Below, one piece after another: positions 10,539 to 21,972 of a DNA stretch of 64,000 bases. The DNA is taken from positions 186,001 through 250,000 of IMG/VR virus record IMGVR_UViG_3300018080_000098. One strand, 5' to 3'. Below the pieces are notes generated by a model. The model did not search any database, was not told the DNA's origin, and was given only the letters and a program-made list of their open reading frames with translations. The position numbers and the translations under genes are program-made. The first letter of the stretch is position 1. The number at the start of each line of letters is the position of its first letter.

Positions 10539-10841
10539 ATGGGATGGGCCACGGGACACATAGCCAAGCTCCAGCAGGGCGAGACGGTTTCCTTTCGCCC
10601 TCGGGGCAACTCGATGAAACCGATCATCAAGTCGGGACAGCTGTGCACCGTGGCACCTGTCGACCCCTCCACTCTCAAAGCTGGGGACATTGTACTCTGC
10701 CGGGTGAGGGGCAACGAGTACTTGCATCTTGTGAAGGCCGTCCAACAAAATCGCTTCCAAATTGGAAATAATCGTGGTAGGATCAACGGCTGGATCGGAC
10801 CACATTCCATATTCGGGAAACTGGAACGAGTCGATGACTAA
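10539..10841 (+). CDS. S24/S26 peptidase-like small protein
   Basis: GNSMKP...GDIVLC...YLHLVKA...GNN. Confidence 0.6.
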   Translation: MGWATGHIAKLQQGETVSFRPRGNSMKPIIKSGQLCTVAPVDPSTLKAGDIVLCRVRGNEYLHLVKAVQQNRFQIGNNRGRINGWIGPHSIFGKLERVDD

Positions 10842-11833
10842 AGAGGCCAAGATTGTTTTCGCAATATACTGTGTACTACTAGCTGGCGTTGGAGTAACGT
10901 TGTGTTTTTGCAGGAACAGTAGTCGGTTAGTGGTAGTCCTTTTGCTCGCTGCAGTATTGCTTAGCGTACTTGCTTCGGCAGTTTCTCAAGTGTGGTACGA
11001 GTATAATCAGCAATTTATTACCGATGAGGAGCAAACTGATGGCTGACCCTTTTCTGCAAACCAACTTCAAACTACCCCGGCACCGCAAAACCTGCGCGTA
11101 CGTCACGAGCAAAGGGAAAGAGCTCTGCGACTGCTCCGCGAAGTTCAACGGTAAGCCCTTCGCCCACTGGCAACGAATGGCACAGAAGGACGTCGTGGAA
11201 ACACTTGTGCGCGCACTATCTATCGCTGAGTCGAGCGCTCCCTACTCTTTGCCTGCAGTATTAGTTGTGCAGCAGTTGTTGCATCTGCTGGAATCATTCT
11301 CAGTTGATGTAGTTGATGAAGTGAACTACGACCGGGAGCGCTGTGTGGCCGGGTTCGCTGCCATCATGCGTGATATTTGTAGCGGTGAGTGGTCCCCTTA
11401 CTTCGACCCCTCCGCAGTAGGTCTTCCCGACAATCGCGATGACTCAGTTTCGTAGAAACACTCCCGAACCCGCTAGCAAAGTAGTCTACCTGCCCGTGGA
11501 CATGCGAGACTTTACAGAGTCCAAGGAAGGTGCTATAGCTACAGCTAAGGCTATGCCCGGTGCGGACCAGGGATACATCACGGTACTCTGTTTTCACCCT
11601 GGCTGTTTCGACGACTACCTTCTGAACGCCATACCAGACGAGCCCGTCGATGCGATATAATGCCAAGGTAGTAGGCGTTTGCGAGCATTGCGGACTCGAG
11701 TGGATAGCTCGAGGCGAACCTTCCGAAGAAGGTACACAGTGCATGGTGCAGCGGTGCTATTGTCACGTTGATATGTCTTTCGATCAATTGGACAGTTGCA
11801 TCAGAGATTTAAGGAAGTCTCTGGAGGAATCTA

Positions 11834-12088
11834 ATAAGTAGGTCCCGTAAGAAAAGCCGCTTCATCGACGTCGTCGCTCCTGGTAACGGGAAGATTTTCC
11901 GGCGAAGCGCCAACAAAGCCATGCGAGCCAGAACGCGTACCCTTCTCAAACGATGCCTGTTCGATATCCTGCCCGTGCGCCTCGAGGAGGTCAGCGATAT
12001 CTACGACTACAAGGACTACAGCTGCTACGTGAGTACCGACGACACCGAGTGGCGACTTAAAGAGCTCGAGCGGCAGAAAAGAAAATGA
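11834..12088 (+). CDS. basic hypothetical protein (SRSRKK... type) with apparent ATA start
   Basis: GGAGG-6nt-ATA, then 84 open codons exactly filling the gap; absent from the ORF track. Confidence 0.6.
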   Translation: MSRSRKKSRFIDVVAPGNGKIFRRSANKAMRARTRTLLKRCLFDILPVRLEEVSDIYDYKDYSCYVSTDDTEWRLKELERQKRK

Positions 12089-13139
12089 CGCATGATGACT
12101 TCCCGCCCAAGCCCCCTCCCAGATTCGTCTTTCCTTCCGGGTCTTTAGTTGGTGGCGACTGCTCCACCGCAGAAAACTTGCCCGAGTGCCCCAACTGCGG
12201 TACGATCATGATCGTTGTTGAAGGGGTAGCAGCCCACTGCCCGGAGTGTTGCTACAAACAAAAATACCCTTGGATGGTACTGGAGGAGTTGTAAATGACA
12301 AAGTATGCTGAGCGTTTTAACAAAGAGATTGCACAACTATTACCGCAGAATAGGCGAGCAGCTTTCGAGATTCTACGGGTGCTCATGCATCCGAAGAGCG
12401 ATCTCAAACAAGGTCCAGCAGCTGAAGCGTTAGCACTAGCAAATATTTACCACGCAGTAGCAAATCCAAAAAGAGGCGTGAATTTGCTCGCACCGTTTCT
12501 TGGCGACCTTGACGTAAAAAGAGCTATCCGTAAAGTTTGGGACCAAGCGTTCAAGGGGTGGCCCGGAGAGCTAGAGATTAAAGAACAGCAGTCTATTATT
12601 GTTTATCGCCCTACTCCTGGAGGATTGCTTAGCGATGCTACTTGATGAGAATGGAAAGTTGGCCACGGTACCCGACGACGAGTTCCCCTACGAGCTCGAC
12701 GAAGACGGTAATTGGGTCCGCAAGGACAGAATAAAACCTGGGGAGTTTGACAACAACCTCTACAAGCTCATCGACTTCCAAATCGACAAGCAAGTGGTAG
12801 AGGACATCCTGCAAAACACCATCAACTATTACTGGGAGGAAAACTGTGAAGGTGAAACCCCTCCCAACATCGAAGTGGTAGAAGCAACGCACGACAAAAT
12901 CACCTTCCTCGTCCACGAGCCAGAACCATGGTCCTTCTCAGTTCCCATCTAAGCTCGCAACCTCATGGTGTTCCAGCTCGAGCTCTCACCATCACTCCGG
13001 ACATAGCCAAGCAACTTGCTAGAGAATCTCAGCAGGTGCGCAAAGAATTCCGTAAACGTATCCGCAAGATGTGGCACATCCCACCGCATGAACGCCGTGC
13101 CGTTTCCAGATAAGCTGTAGTTCTACATTATTCTATGAT

Positions 13140-13652
13140 ATGCCAGACCGCCGCTTCTACATGCGGTTGCGGGTGCTTCATGTTGAGGACGATGAGGGGA
13201 TCGGGGAGCTTGTAGAGAAGCTACTAGATCTCTCCTACCTAGACATGCACCTGCAGCGCGTGACTACCCTCCAAGAAGGGATAGACTTGCTGTACCAACA
13301 GCGGTGGGACGTAATCCTGCTCGACCTCACCCTTCCAGACAGCGCACCCAAAGATACTTTCCAAGAAGTCTACAAAATAGCACCACAGCTCCCCATCGTC
13401 GTCTTGACCGCGGAAACAGACATCGAGATACGCGCCGCTACGATAGCAATGGGAGCTCAAGATTGTATCGACAAAATCGAGCTCTCCGCAACGCCCAACC
13501 TCCTCGCCCGAACCCTCCGCTTTGCCGTTGAGCGCCAGCGTACCATCCTCGAGCTGCAGGAAATCATTCGCGAGCTAGAGCTTTCCAAAAAGAAGCTCCA
13601 GGAGCTCATCGAGCAGGTAGACGATTCCCTAGATCCCTCCATCAAGCACTGA
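13140..13652 (+). CDS. response-regulator receiver domain with C-terminal coiled coil
   Basis: VLHVEDD, DVILLDLTLPD, PIVVLT, GAQDCIDK. Confidence 0.85.
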   Translation: MPDRRFYMRLRVLHVEDDEGIGELVEKLLDLSYLDMHLQRVTTLQEGIDLLYQQRWDVILLDLTLPDSAPKDTFQEVYKIAPQLPIVVLTAETDIEIRAATIAMGAQDCIDKIELSATPNLLARTLRFAVERQRTILELQEIIRELELSKKKLQELIEQVDDSLDPSIKH

Positions 13653-13720
13653 CGCGCTTTTTAATTGACACAGTATTGTTTTTGGGGCATTCTCGACAAA
13701 GAGTTGTCGGAGGAACCACT

Positions 13721-14119
13721 ATGAGTGATTGCACACAAAGAGCTGCTGCTATCATGTTACCAGGCCAGGTGATCATCAACAGCTCTGCACAGGCTTCCCC
13801 TAGGGCTAAACGAAGTACGGTTGATAGTGCTCAGGTCAATAACAAAAATGTGCGTTATCGAAACACTAAGAAACTTCACCGTGATACAGGAGACCTTCTT
13901 TCAATTACTGTAGGTGAGTTTGCACGTCTCCAAGATACATGTAGACGGTTGAGTTATCTAGGCCGCGTGGAAAGCGAAATACAGCTGCTGCCTTTTGTAA
14001 GGAGTCTTTGCGAAAAGTACGGGCTTGACCCAGAAGTGTACAGCCTCAACACTTATTTCGGTAGATTCTTTGAGATAGACGGACCCGATGATGGGTTCCC
14101 CGTAGGCGAGCTTGTCTGA
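13721..14119 (+). CDS. hypothetical protein with QRAAAIMLPG motif
   Basis: GGAGG SD; C-terminal SITVGEF...LCEKYGLDP domain shared with 15094. Confidence 0.6.
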   Translation: MSDCTQRAAAIMLPGQVIINSSAQASPRAKRSTVDSAQVNNKNVRYRNTKKLHRDTGDLLSITVGEFARLQDTCRRLSYLGRVESEIQLLPFVRSLCEKYGLDPEVYSLNTYFGRFFEIDGPDDGFPVGELV

Positions 14120-14653
14120 TGGCACGTCTGCCTTTCCAGTGTGGCTTCTGCAAGCATCGCATTGGCCACCTCAACGCGCACGGTACTGGAGGACTCCCTC
14201 GCAGCCGCGGTGGACTTAGTCGCGTGCACCTCACCGGGCGCAAGCGGTTAAAGAAACTCAAGTTTCGACGCGGTGCTACTCGGAAACGAAAACTACTGCG
14301 GTACGTTGGAGAGCTTCGCAAAAAGTACTCAGCAGAGCACAGTAACTGGGTGTACGAGTACGTCTGCCACGATTGTGGTAATACGGGTTGGAGCGACCAC
14401 CCGGATTTGGCCAACAAGGTAGAGGAGGCGTTATGAGTATTCGTGCTAGGCAGGACCGAGCGGACATTTATCTTTGTGATCGAGAAGGCTGTACCGCTAG
14501 GCGAGCTTCCAATTGTGGCGTTCCTAGAGGTTGGGTGGAGGGGCATTTTGGTTCTTTTCATTTGTGCACTGCGGATCGAGATCTTTTGAATCGATACAAC
14601 CAGATTGCCGCCACACACGGAGTCCGCGCACTCTACGGTCGGAAAGGTTGTGG

Positions 14654-15088
14654 GTGAGTAGATTGAGCGACAGCGAGTCTACAGTAGCTGAGCAGCGCGC
14701 CGCAGCTATCTTGCTTCCCGGTGTGGTGATCGAGGAGGAAGCCCCCTCCGAATTTGAGGATGAGCTGCCATGGCAATCCAAACGCGCAGCTCCCGATCCC
14801 GGGGTAGAAACTCTCCAAAGACGGCTTGGCGTGTCACCAGATGGGATAGTTGGACCGGCTACACTGAAAGCTAGTGGTGGTGATATTTTCATAGTCACGA
14901 ATATGACAACTCACAGAGTTGTGATCTCCTCCAGCTTGATGGTAATGCCTGCAGGTACACTAGTGATAGGTGCAAGCAAGCTAGAGTTCAACCAATGGAT
15001 CCGGGATTTTGTAAAGAGAGGAATTCTTCGCGTTCTTTCCGTCTATAAACAACCTGCATACGAGCTTGTGTTCACCGATGCGGATTAA
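14654..15088 (+). CDS. hypothetical protein with AEQRAAAILLPG motif and peptidoglycan-binding-like segment
   Basis: LQRRLGVSPDGIVGPATLKA resembles a PG_binding_1 repeat. Confidence 0.5.
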   Translation: MSRLSDSESTVAEQRAAAILLPGVVIEEEAPSEFEDELPWQSKRAAPDPGVETLQRRLGVSPDGIVGPATLKASGGDIFIVTNMTTHRVVISSSLMVMPAGTLVIGASKLEFNQWIRDFVKRGILRVLSVYKQPAYELVFTDAD

Positions 15089-15093
15089 TTATA

Positions 15094-15852
15094 ATGGCGG
15101 ACAATAAATCCTCAGATGCTGAACAACGTGCCGCAGCTATCCTACTCCCTGGGAAGGCGCTGGAACTCGATGATATAGAGTTTCCTGAAGAGGTAGACGA
15201 TAACCCTCCTGAGGTGATCAGGATTAACGGGAAGCTGTACGTAAAAGATAGCGGGGAACCCTACACGCTCGATTCTGAAGAGAAAGCTACTACTGGCTCT
15301 CCCAGCCTGGACACGATGCTTGAAGTCGTCGGGCAGTCCATCGCGCGAACAAACGCCGAGATGGAAGAGGTTGCTAAGCGTTACCAATTGCCAACGGCGA
15401 GCAGAGCTCTAGCGGAGCGTGTTGGAAAGAAAAAAGCAAAGCGTAAGCAGCAGTCCAAGCAAGTTACGCTGCTTAATCAAAGCAACGGAGATGTGGCAGT
15501 AGATACGGGTTCTAAGCTAACCGTGGTGAGCAGTGGAGGGTTTGTGCGGGTAGATCCGTCTGTTGCTTTCGCAGATCGCAACGAACGACTTCTAGCCTCC
15601 GGTGTTCTCAAGCTTGTGCAGGAAGATGATTCTGAAGACTCCCGTCTTCCTTCAATTACTGTGGCGGAATTCGAGCAGCTTCGGCGCCTTGAACTCAAAG
15701 GCAGGCAAACTGATAAATGGGCGCCACAAGAAGAATTCTTCTGTTTTGTGGACGCCCTTTGCTCCAAGTATGACCTTGACCCTGATGAGTTTTCCATCGA
15801 CCTCAGTACTGGAGAATTCTACTCCCTGGAAGAAGATGACGGGTGGCGCTAA
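15094..15852 (+). CDS. modular hypothetical protein with AEQRAAAILLPG and PPEVIRINGKLYVK motifs
   Basis: shares modules with 13721, 14654 and the IRVNG family. Confidence 0.6.
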   Translation: MADNKSSDAEQRAAAILLPGKALELDDIEFPEEVDDNPPEVIRINGKLYVKDSGEPYTLDSEEKATTGSPSLDTMLEVVGQSIARTNAEMEEVAKRYQLPTASRALAERVGKKKAKRKQQSKQVTLLNQSNGDVAVDTGSKLTVVSSGGFVRVDPSVAFADRNERLLASGVLKLVQEDDSEDSRLPSITVAEFEQLRRLELKGRQTDKWAPQEEFFCFVDALCSKYDLDPDEFSIDLSTGEFYSLEEDDGWR

Positions 15853-15945
15853 CCGCGCCTTGTAAAATATAGTGGTAACCAGGCTGCATCTTCAGCCTTT
15901 CTTGTTACTTTCTAAGTTAGGCCCAAGTCCAAGGAGGAAACAAGG

Positions 15946-17031
15946 ATGCCATTACCACTGCCCAACTTTTCGACCAAACTTACGTTCGTAGACAAGGAAG
16001 GAGAAGAGGTAAACCTCAAAGATCTCGGACCGTTCGACGATCCACTCACCGCTTTGGAGATGTGGGAACGCGGCGACATCAGGCGCACCATCAAGGTGAC
16101 CACCCACGAAAACGAATCCAAGAAGTACTTCCGTGAGTACCTACGCAATATCTTCATCTCTCCCACCTCCGACGAGTTCCGTCTCTTCGGAGAGCACATC
16201 AACGAGGAGCTCCGCAACTACGTAGACCAGCTCAGTCTTGCACACCACATCTTCCACCTCACAGAGCTTCAAGAAGGCGAGTCCCCTGCTATCCTACTCG
16301 AAGAACGAACAGACAGTCCCAAGTGGACCTTTCGAGCCCCCGTGGCTATCGATGCAGAGTGCGAAGGAACCGTCGAGCCTACAGCTATCAAAACTACCAC
16401 TCTCTACCCTGCCGCCTACCCCGTAGAGTTCAGCGTTATCCGCAGTCCCCTCGAGGATTTCACCGGAAGTTTCGACCCCGAACAGTTCACCGAGGAGCTA
16501 CTACTGGAGCTCGTTAACTACGTTGTCAAGAAAGATAACGACACCACCTTCATGCTCCTCGAGCAAGCAGCCGAGTCCATCGGGAATCAGACCGCCTACA
16601 AATCTTTTACCCCTACAGCCCTTGCCAATACACGCAACCGGATCTGGGAATATCAGCTTGCTGTCCCTACCTTAGTCACTTCCCTTTCCACCCTCTTGAC
16701 AAACATCGACACGGAAGAGCTTCTACCGCAGTGGTACAGTCCCATCGAGAAAGTTTCACAACTACTTCAGGGCGCCGTAGGTAAGGTAGCAGACGTTGAG
16801 GTTCTGTGCACAGGCTCCGAACACGATCCACTGAAAATCGGAATGACCAACGCTCTCTACATGTGTGCGCCTCCTCGCCAGCTCGGTGCACGCCTCACCT
16901 CACTTCCCCTCAGCTCCCATCCCATCGACAAACGGCCGTTCGGCCAAGCTCACGCTGGTTACTTCTTCTACGGTCGATACGCTACCGCTGTCGTGAACAG
17001 CAACGCGGTCTCCCAAGCTTCCTTCGTCTAA
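15946..17031 (+). CDS. divergent major-capsid-like protein (paralogue)
   Basis: 361 aa; C-terminal GAVGKVADVEV...LYMCAPPRQLG...GYFFY...AVVNSNAV pattern recalls large-phage HK97-fold capsid proteins. Confidence 0.45.
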   Translation: MPLPLPNFSTKLTFVDKEGEEVNLKDLGPFDDPLTALEMWERGDIRRTIKVTTHENESKKYFREYLRNIFISPTSDEFRLFGEHINEELRNYVDQLSLAHHIFHLTELQEGESPAILLEERTDSPKWTFRAPVAIDAECEGTVEPTAIKTTTLYPAAYPVEFSVIRSPLEDFTGSFDPEQFTEELLLELVNYVVKKDNDTTFMLLEQAAESIGNQTAYKSFTPTALANTRNRIWEYQLAVPTLVTSLSTLLTNIDTEELLPQWYSPIEKVSQLLQGAVGKVADVEVLCTGSEHDPLKIGMTNALYMCAPPRQLGARLTSLPLSSHPIDKRPFGQAHAGYFFYGRYATAVVNSNAVSQASFV

Positions 17032-17076
17032 CGTTGCCTTGTAAAATAGTGGTAGCCAACAATACGGAGGCTACCC

Positions 17077-17541
17077 GTGCACCCCGAGGGCAAAGAAATC
17101 TGGGAAAAGAAAAGTCGATCCTTCGAGATCTTCCACGAAGACCTCAGCATCAACAAGGTAGGCCCGTTCCTCGTTGACGTTTTGCAAAAATTGAATGAGC
17201 TCCCCGGTGTCGCCACGCTCTACTCCTGTCAAGGTCACAAGGACGAACGGAGCCCCATGGCGTACGTGTACCTTGTGTTGTCTTCCAGGAAAACGGAGTC
17301 TCTTCGCAGAACCATCTTGCCCTTCCTCAAACGTGCACCTTTCTTCCTCACCGTAGAGTTTGAGCACTCTATTGATATTCATATTTGCTCCCAGTTATCC
17401 ACGCGGGTAAAAATCAACGGAGACATCGACCATATCGGAGAGGACGCCCTTCCGATGTTTTACTATATCTACGATTTTCTTGCTACTATTGGTTCGAGCC
17501 GCGCCCTGGAGTGCTCTACGCTAGAAAAATGGCTACCGTAG
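17077..17541 (+). CDS. hypothetical protein with T.YSC.GH motif (TYW3-like)
   Basis: LNELPGVATLYSCQGH; paralogous to 18454. Confidence 0.4.
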   Translation: MHPEGKEIWEKKSRSFEIFHEDLSINKVGPFLVDVLQKLNELPGVATLYSCQGHKDERSPMAYVYLVLSSRKTESLRRTILPFLKRAPFFLTVEFEHSIDIHICSQLSTRVKINGDIDHIGEDALPMFYYIYDFLATIGSSRALECSTLEKWLP

Positions 17542-17620
17542 CCTAACTAGCGCTCTGGTACACCTTTGTCTACGTCTACACCTCGAACCCAAAAAATGGG
17601 TCATAATTGCAATCGGGCGC

Positions 17621-17649
17621 TTGACAACGTAATGCTCACCGGATATACT
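17621..17649 (+). promoter_or_regulatory. sigma70-like promoter
   Basis: TTGACA-17nt-TATACT upstream of GGAGG SD and ORF 17697. Confidence 0.75.
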
Positions 17650-17696
17650 GGTACCTATGTTGGGCGGAAACGTAATAATTACACGGAGGTATCAAC

Positions 17697-18194
17697 ATGA
17701 AAGCGCCACAAACTCATCTGTTCAAAGGAAAAGTAGTTGACCGAGTAGACTGGCGACAGTTCGATGACGGACGGGGAGGCACTGCGCATGACCCACTTAT
17801 CGTCTTCACCGATGGGTCGGCACTCGTATTCATGACAGAGGAGACAAACACGGGGGATTACGGTGTACTTCCCATCTACCACAAGAAAGGCACCCACAAA
17901 CCGACTATACTCACTGCTGTCTTTGTCGACTGGACCGAGTACGAGCGTGGGTGGGGATGCCGCCCAGACGGGTGCTCCGTCCACCTTTCCATGGAGGAGT
18001 GGAAGCGCTACTATGAGAAGTACAAGAAAAGCTTGCCGAAGGAGGTGCCTCACGAGTATAGCAGGCCAGACAACCCGCAGCCCGTCAGTGTAACCGACCC
18101 GGAAATCGTGGAAGCTCTTCTGGAAAAGAAAAGCGTACGCTACTGGCACAGGAGTAGGGAGTACTCTGTGCTGAAAGAAGCTGCCAACTTGTAA
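17697..18194 (+). CDS. hypothetical protein
   Basis: strong SD; WTEYERGWGCRPDGCSVH phage-type motif. Confidence 0.6.
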   Translation: MKAPQTHLFKGKVVDRVDWRQFDDGRGGTAHDPLIVFTDGSALVFMTEETNTGDYGVLPIYHKKGTHKPTILTAVFVDWTEYERGWGCRPDGCSVHLSMEEWKRYYEKYKKSLPKEVPHEYSRPDNPQPVSVTDPEIVEALLEKKSVRYWHRSREYSVLKEAANL

Positions 18195-18453
18195 AATATA
18201 AGAAGAGGTTCCATGGAACTTTTAGCACACGTTTCCCAAGTAGTCATTGGTCTGCTCCTTGTGTTTGCTATGGGAGGAGGCACTGCGCTACAGCTGTATA
18301 AAATCTTCTATGGGGAACCGGCACGTATTGCTGGCACATGGGGTGCAGTTGTTGTGTTAGTATGCTTCGGCGCGTACTTTGGCTATCACGCTATCATGGC
18401 TGGGGTTAGGCTGGCATTCTACTTGAAGCTTGGCGAGGAGCAACGTAAACGTA

Positions 18454-19218
18454 ATGCATCCTGAAGACGACACCATCTACAAGGACACCCTGCTCCAGAG
18501 TTACCAGCAAGCCATTGACGAAGGTCACCTCGAAATGTCCCTCAAGCCTGCCTTGGACCGGTTCAACGAAATCCGCGGAGTCGTGACCACCTACTCCTGC
18601 GAAGGGCATCCGGAGCGTGATATTTTCCACGCCCGCGTGGACCTTGCTGTGTCACGCGACAAGTGGGCCAAGATGCAGACCTTCATTGAGGAGCTACTTC
18701 CCAGAGATGGTGGCATCATGTCCCTTGAGTTCTGCTACCACTCTGGCGAAGACGACATTCAGCAACACGTGACTGTCCGTACTCACCCGGCGCTCGTGCA
18801 ACAGAAAGCTGTGAAGCCACTCATCGACTTCGCGGACCGACTCGAGGAGCTCACCAAGACCACCTTCGACCTTGGCGAGCTCGCAGAACCTGTAGTAGCC
18901 GTCACGAAACGCCTCCCCGAAGATTGGCCGCGCAAGTGCGAGAAGTGCGGCTCTAGAGACATCAAGGTGACCTACTCCGATGTGGCTGGCGTCAAGCGAG
19001 TTAGCTATGTTGAGTGCGATACCTGCCAACAGCTGGAGTTCCGACGCAACACATGCCCTCGTTGCTACGGAAGAATGAGCCTGCATGGCAGCAGAGGCGG
19101 CGTCTACTGTCTACAAGAAATACCCGAGATACCGAATGTTTTTCGGTGCCCGCACTGCAAGAGCACTTATGTAAAGGGCGAACTCGACCCAGTTCCTATC
19201 GTGCTGGAGTTGACCTAA
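18454..19218 (+). CDS. T.YSC.GH-domain protein with C-terminal zinc ribbons
   Basis: FNEIRGVVTTYSCEGH plus four CxxC pairs. Confidence 0.45.
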   Translation: MHPEDDTIYKDTLLQSYQQAIDEGHLEMSLKPALDRFNEIRGVVTTYSCEGHPERDIFHARVDLAVSRDKWAKMQTFIEELLPRDGGIMSLEFCYHSGEDDIQQHVTVRTHPALVQQKAVKPLIDFADRLEELTKTTFDLGELAEPVVAVTKRLPEDWPRKCEKCGSRDIKVTYSDVAGVKRVSYVECDTCQQLEFRRNTCPRCYGRMSLHGSRGGVYCLQEIPEIPNVFRCPHCKSTYVKGELDPVPIVLELT

Positions 19219-21539
19219 TGCAAAAATACCCTGGCAAATACTTTCTCAAACGAGACCCATCGTGCGCCCACTACTTCGACGATACTGTACCCCGCAAGGA
19301 CCTACGTGTACTCGCCCCCTGCGAAGCGACCGCCGCTCCAGAAGTCTCCGAAGACGAGCAGTACCAACCCATTGTCATCGCACGGCCCTACAAGTACAAA
19401 CGCCGCCTCTTCAAAGCTCGCGCCGCCGACCTCACAGGCCCCATGCGAAAAACCTTTTTCGTCCTCGGTGCCACCTGCCACCTGGGAGGCGTTCACAGCG
19501 TCTCCAGTATGCCAGGCACGTACGGATTCAACCTCCAAACTCTCCAAGCCCTCGAACGACGCCAATTGATTATCCTTCATCGCCAAGCTCCCTCCTGGCA
19601 GCGGCGTGTCGAAATGACCGAGTTTGGCAAAGAGCTGTGGCGCGCAGTGTTCCACCAGTTCGCGAAATGGTATCACGGGAACGCCCTCTACCACGCTCTC
19701 CGAAGCGCCTTCGCTTTCGAGCATTGGGGAGAACGCCCCAAACCGAAACGGAGAACAGAAACTAGTAGGAAAAGCAGCTTTTCCCTTAGCGAGTTTGAGT
19801 TTTAGAAGGAGTTCCTCATGGGACGAAGAATTAGAGGCATCAGACCACACCGAAGTCGGCCACCCCTCAAAGTAAAAGGTGAGGTAAACTGCCCCCGCTG
19901 CAACGTTACCATCGACACTGTGTTTGAGGTTGACGGGACACCCATTTTGGTTGTAAAGTGCCCCAACTGCGAGACGGTGTTCAATCGTGAAATGGGAGAA
20001 ATTCTCGTAGACAAAGGAAAGGTACCAACAAAATGAATCGAGCACAAGCTATCATCCTGAGAGCGGGCGACACGATGGGCGATGGTAGAGTACTCTCGCC
20101 CGAGGTTCTCCGTGCCATTGTTGCAAAGAACAACGGGCTCTTCTCGTACCACTCGCGTACACTCTATGCCATGGTGGACCTGGACGACCGCTCCCAGGTA
20201 GACAACGCCCACCGACAGGCGATGGTCTACGCCGCGCAAGTTCTAGAAGGAAAATAGACGTGGGAATCTCCCCCTTCAAATCGAGCATTTGTAGAAGCGA
20301 GCCGCAAAGCTGCGGCTTCGTTCCCAAGAGTAGCTGCACGCACTTCGACGAAGTCCCACCTCCATCCGGCAATCCAGACCCCGGTGCGTACAAAATCCTC
20401 GCAGCAGAAGAACTCGGCAACTACCTCATCGCCACTATAGAATACCCAAACTGCCACAACTACGAAGGCAAAAAGATTCTCCTCTTCCACAACGTCACCA
20501 AAAAGCAGCTGCGCTCCCAGAAAAGAATCGATCCCCATTTCTGCGACAACACCAACCACATTAGCCCCGTCGCCAGATTCGAGCCCACCGAACGTGGTCT
20601 CCTCATGGCCAGAACGCTAGCAGCTTCCTTTTCGTAGTGCTGCCAAGGAGAGTGGCCCATGCCAGTAGAATACAAATATTTCGTCCGTGAAGACTTCGAT
20701 GAGCACGCACAGTGGATCCTCGATACCTGCATCCACATTCTGGGCGTCCTCCTCTCACACATCGAGTTTGACCAGACCTCCGCGCCCCTGGGCGAAGGTG
20801 AGAACACTATCGTCGCTTGTGTGGAAACAACAGAACCTGTCCTGTACGTAACCAGCGATAAGGTTAGATCACTCGAAGAGGCACTGTCGGAACGTTTCGG
20901 TGACCTGAACTTGAAAGTGCGTAGCACATGCCCAAGGTGTAAGAAGCGCTTGCACGACCATTACGGGTACTCTAAAGAGGACGAATACCCTTCCCTCAAT
21001 GTGTGCAACAAATGCTCCAGTAAAGAACTTGAGGAGAAGGAAAGCGCCAAGAAGGTAAAGTGCCCAACGTGCAGCAAGAAGTTCGTAGTCAAGGATCACG
21101 GTGAAAGCTACACCATGAATGCTCACCTCGTCATTCGTAGCGGTGTTCTTCCGCTCAAGCTAGAAGACATTTCTTCGGCCCGCGTCGATGCGGGTTCCTA
21201 TTTTGACCACGTGCGCTTTTGCTCCAAGAAATGCTTGCAACTGCGGTTGGATAGGTTTATCAAGGACCTTAGCATTATCTGCAACAACCTGTGATAGAGG
21301 AGACAGTCAATGAAAGTGAAAGAACTGATTGAGGAGCTCAAGCAACTGCCGCAGGATGTCGAAGTCATCCTCTCCCGCGACGAGGAAGGCAACGGCTTCA
21401 ACCCCTTCAGTGGGGACTTCTCCATCGGCGTCTACGATCCGGATGGTGACGACTGGTCACAGTTCACCACCAAAGAAAACTGGGAAGACGACAAAGATGG
21501 GGAGCCTTACCCTGGCGACAACGCGGTGGTGATGTGGCC

Positions 21540-21773
21540 ATGATCCACGTACCCGAACCGCAGCAGAAGTATCGTGACAAGGATGGCCGTGTCTACGTGA
21601 CCAAAGGCGAGGCGACGCACAGCGAAACGCAGGAGCGCTTCGTGCTGCTACAAGAAATCTGCGGCGACCACCTCGGGATGCTTTACGCGATGCCCTACGA
21701 CCGCTTCTACGACGGCGAACCTGAGAAGCGTGGGAGGGTGGCCATTCTGCACACCACGATGGAGAGGTTGTAG
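21540..21773 (+). CDS. DUF1653-like small protein
   Basis: KYRDKDGRVY...ATHSETQERFV...YAMPYDRF. Confidence 0.5.
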   Translation: MIHVPEPQQKYRDKDGRVYVTKGEATHSETQERFVLLQEICGDHLGMLYAMPYDRFYDGEPEKRGRVAILHTTMERL

Positions 21774-21972
21774 ATGGCACACTTCGGGACCTGTTCATTC
21801 TCCTACGCTGAAGTCAAAACGGTGCAGGCGCCCGTCTGCACCATCGACCAGTGGGGAACACCCCACATTACCTACGAACCGCTGCAGCTGGTGTACGGTA
21901 GCGTGACCTTCCCCACGGTCGACGCAGGAAGCCACCACACGCACGTGGTCATCTGTCCGAGGCCTACCAACA

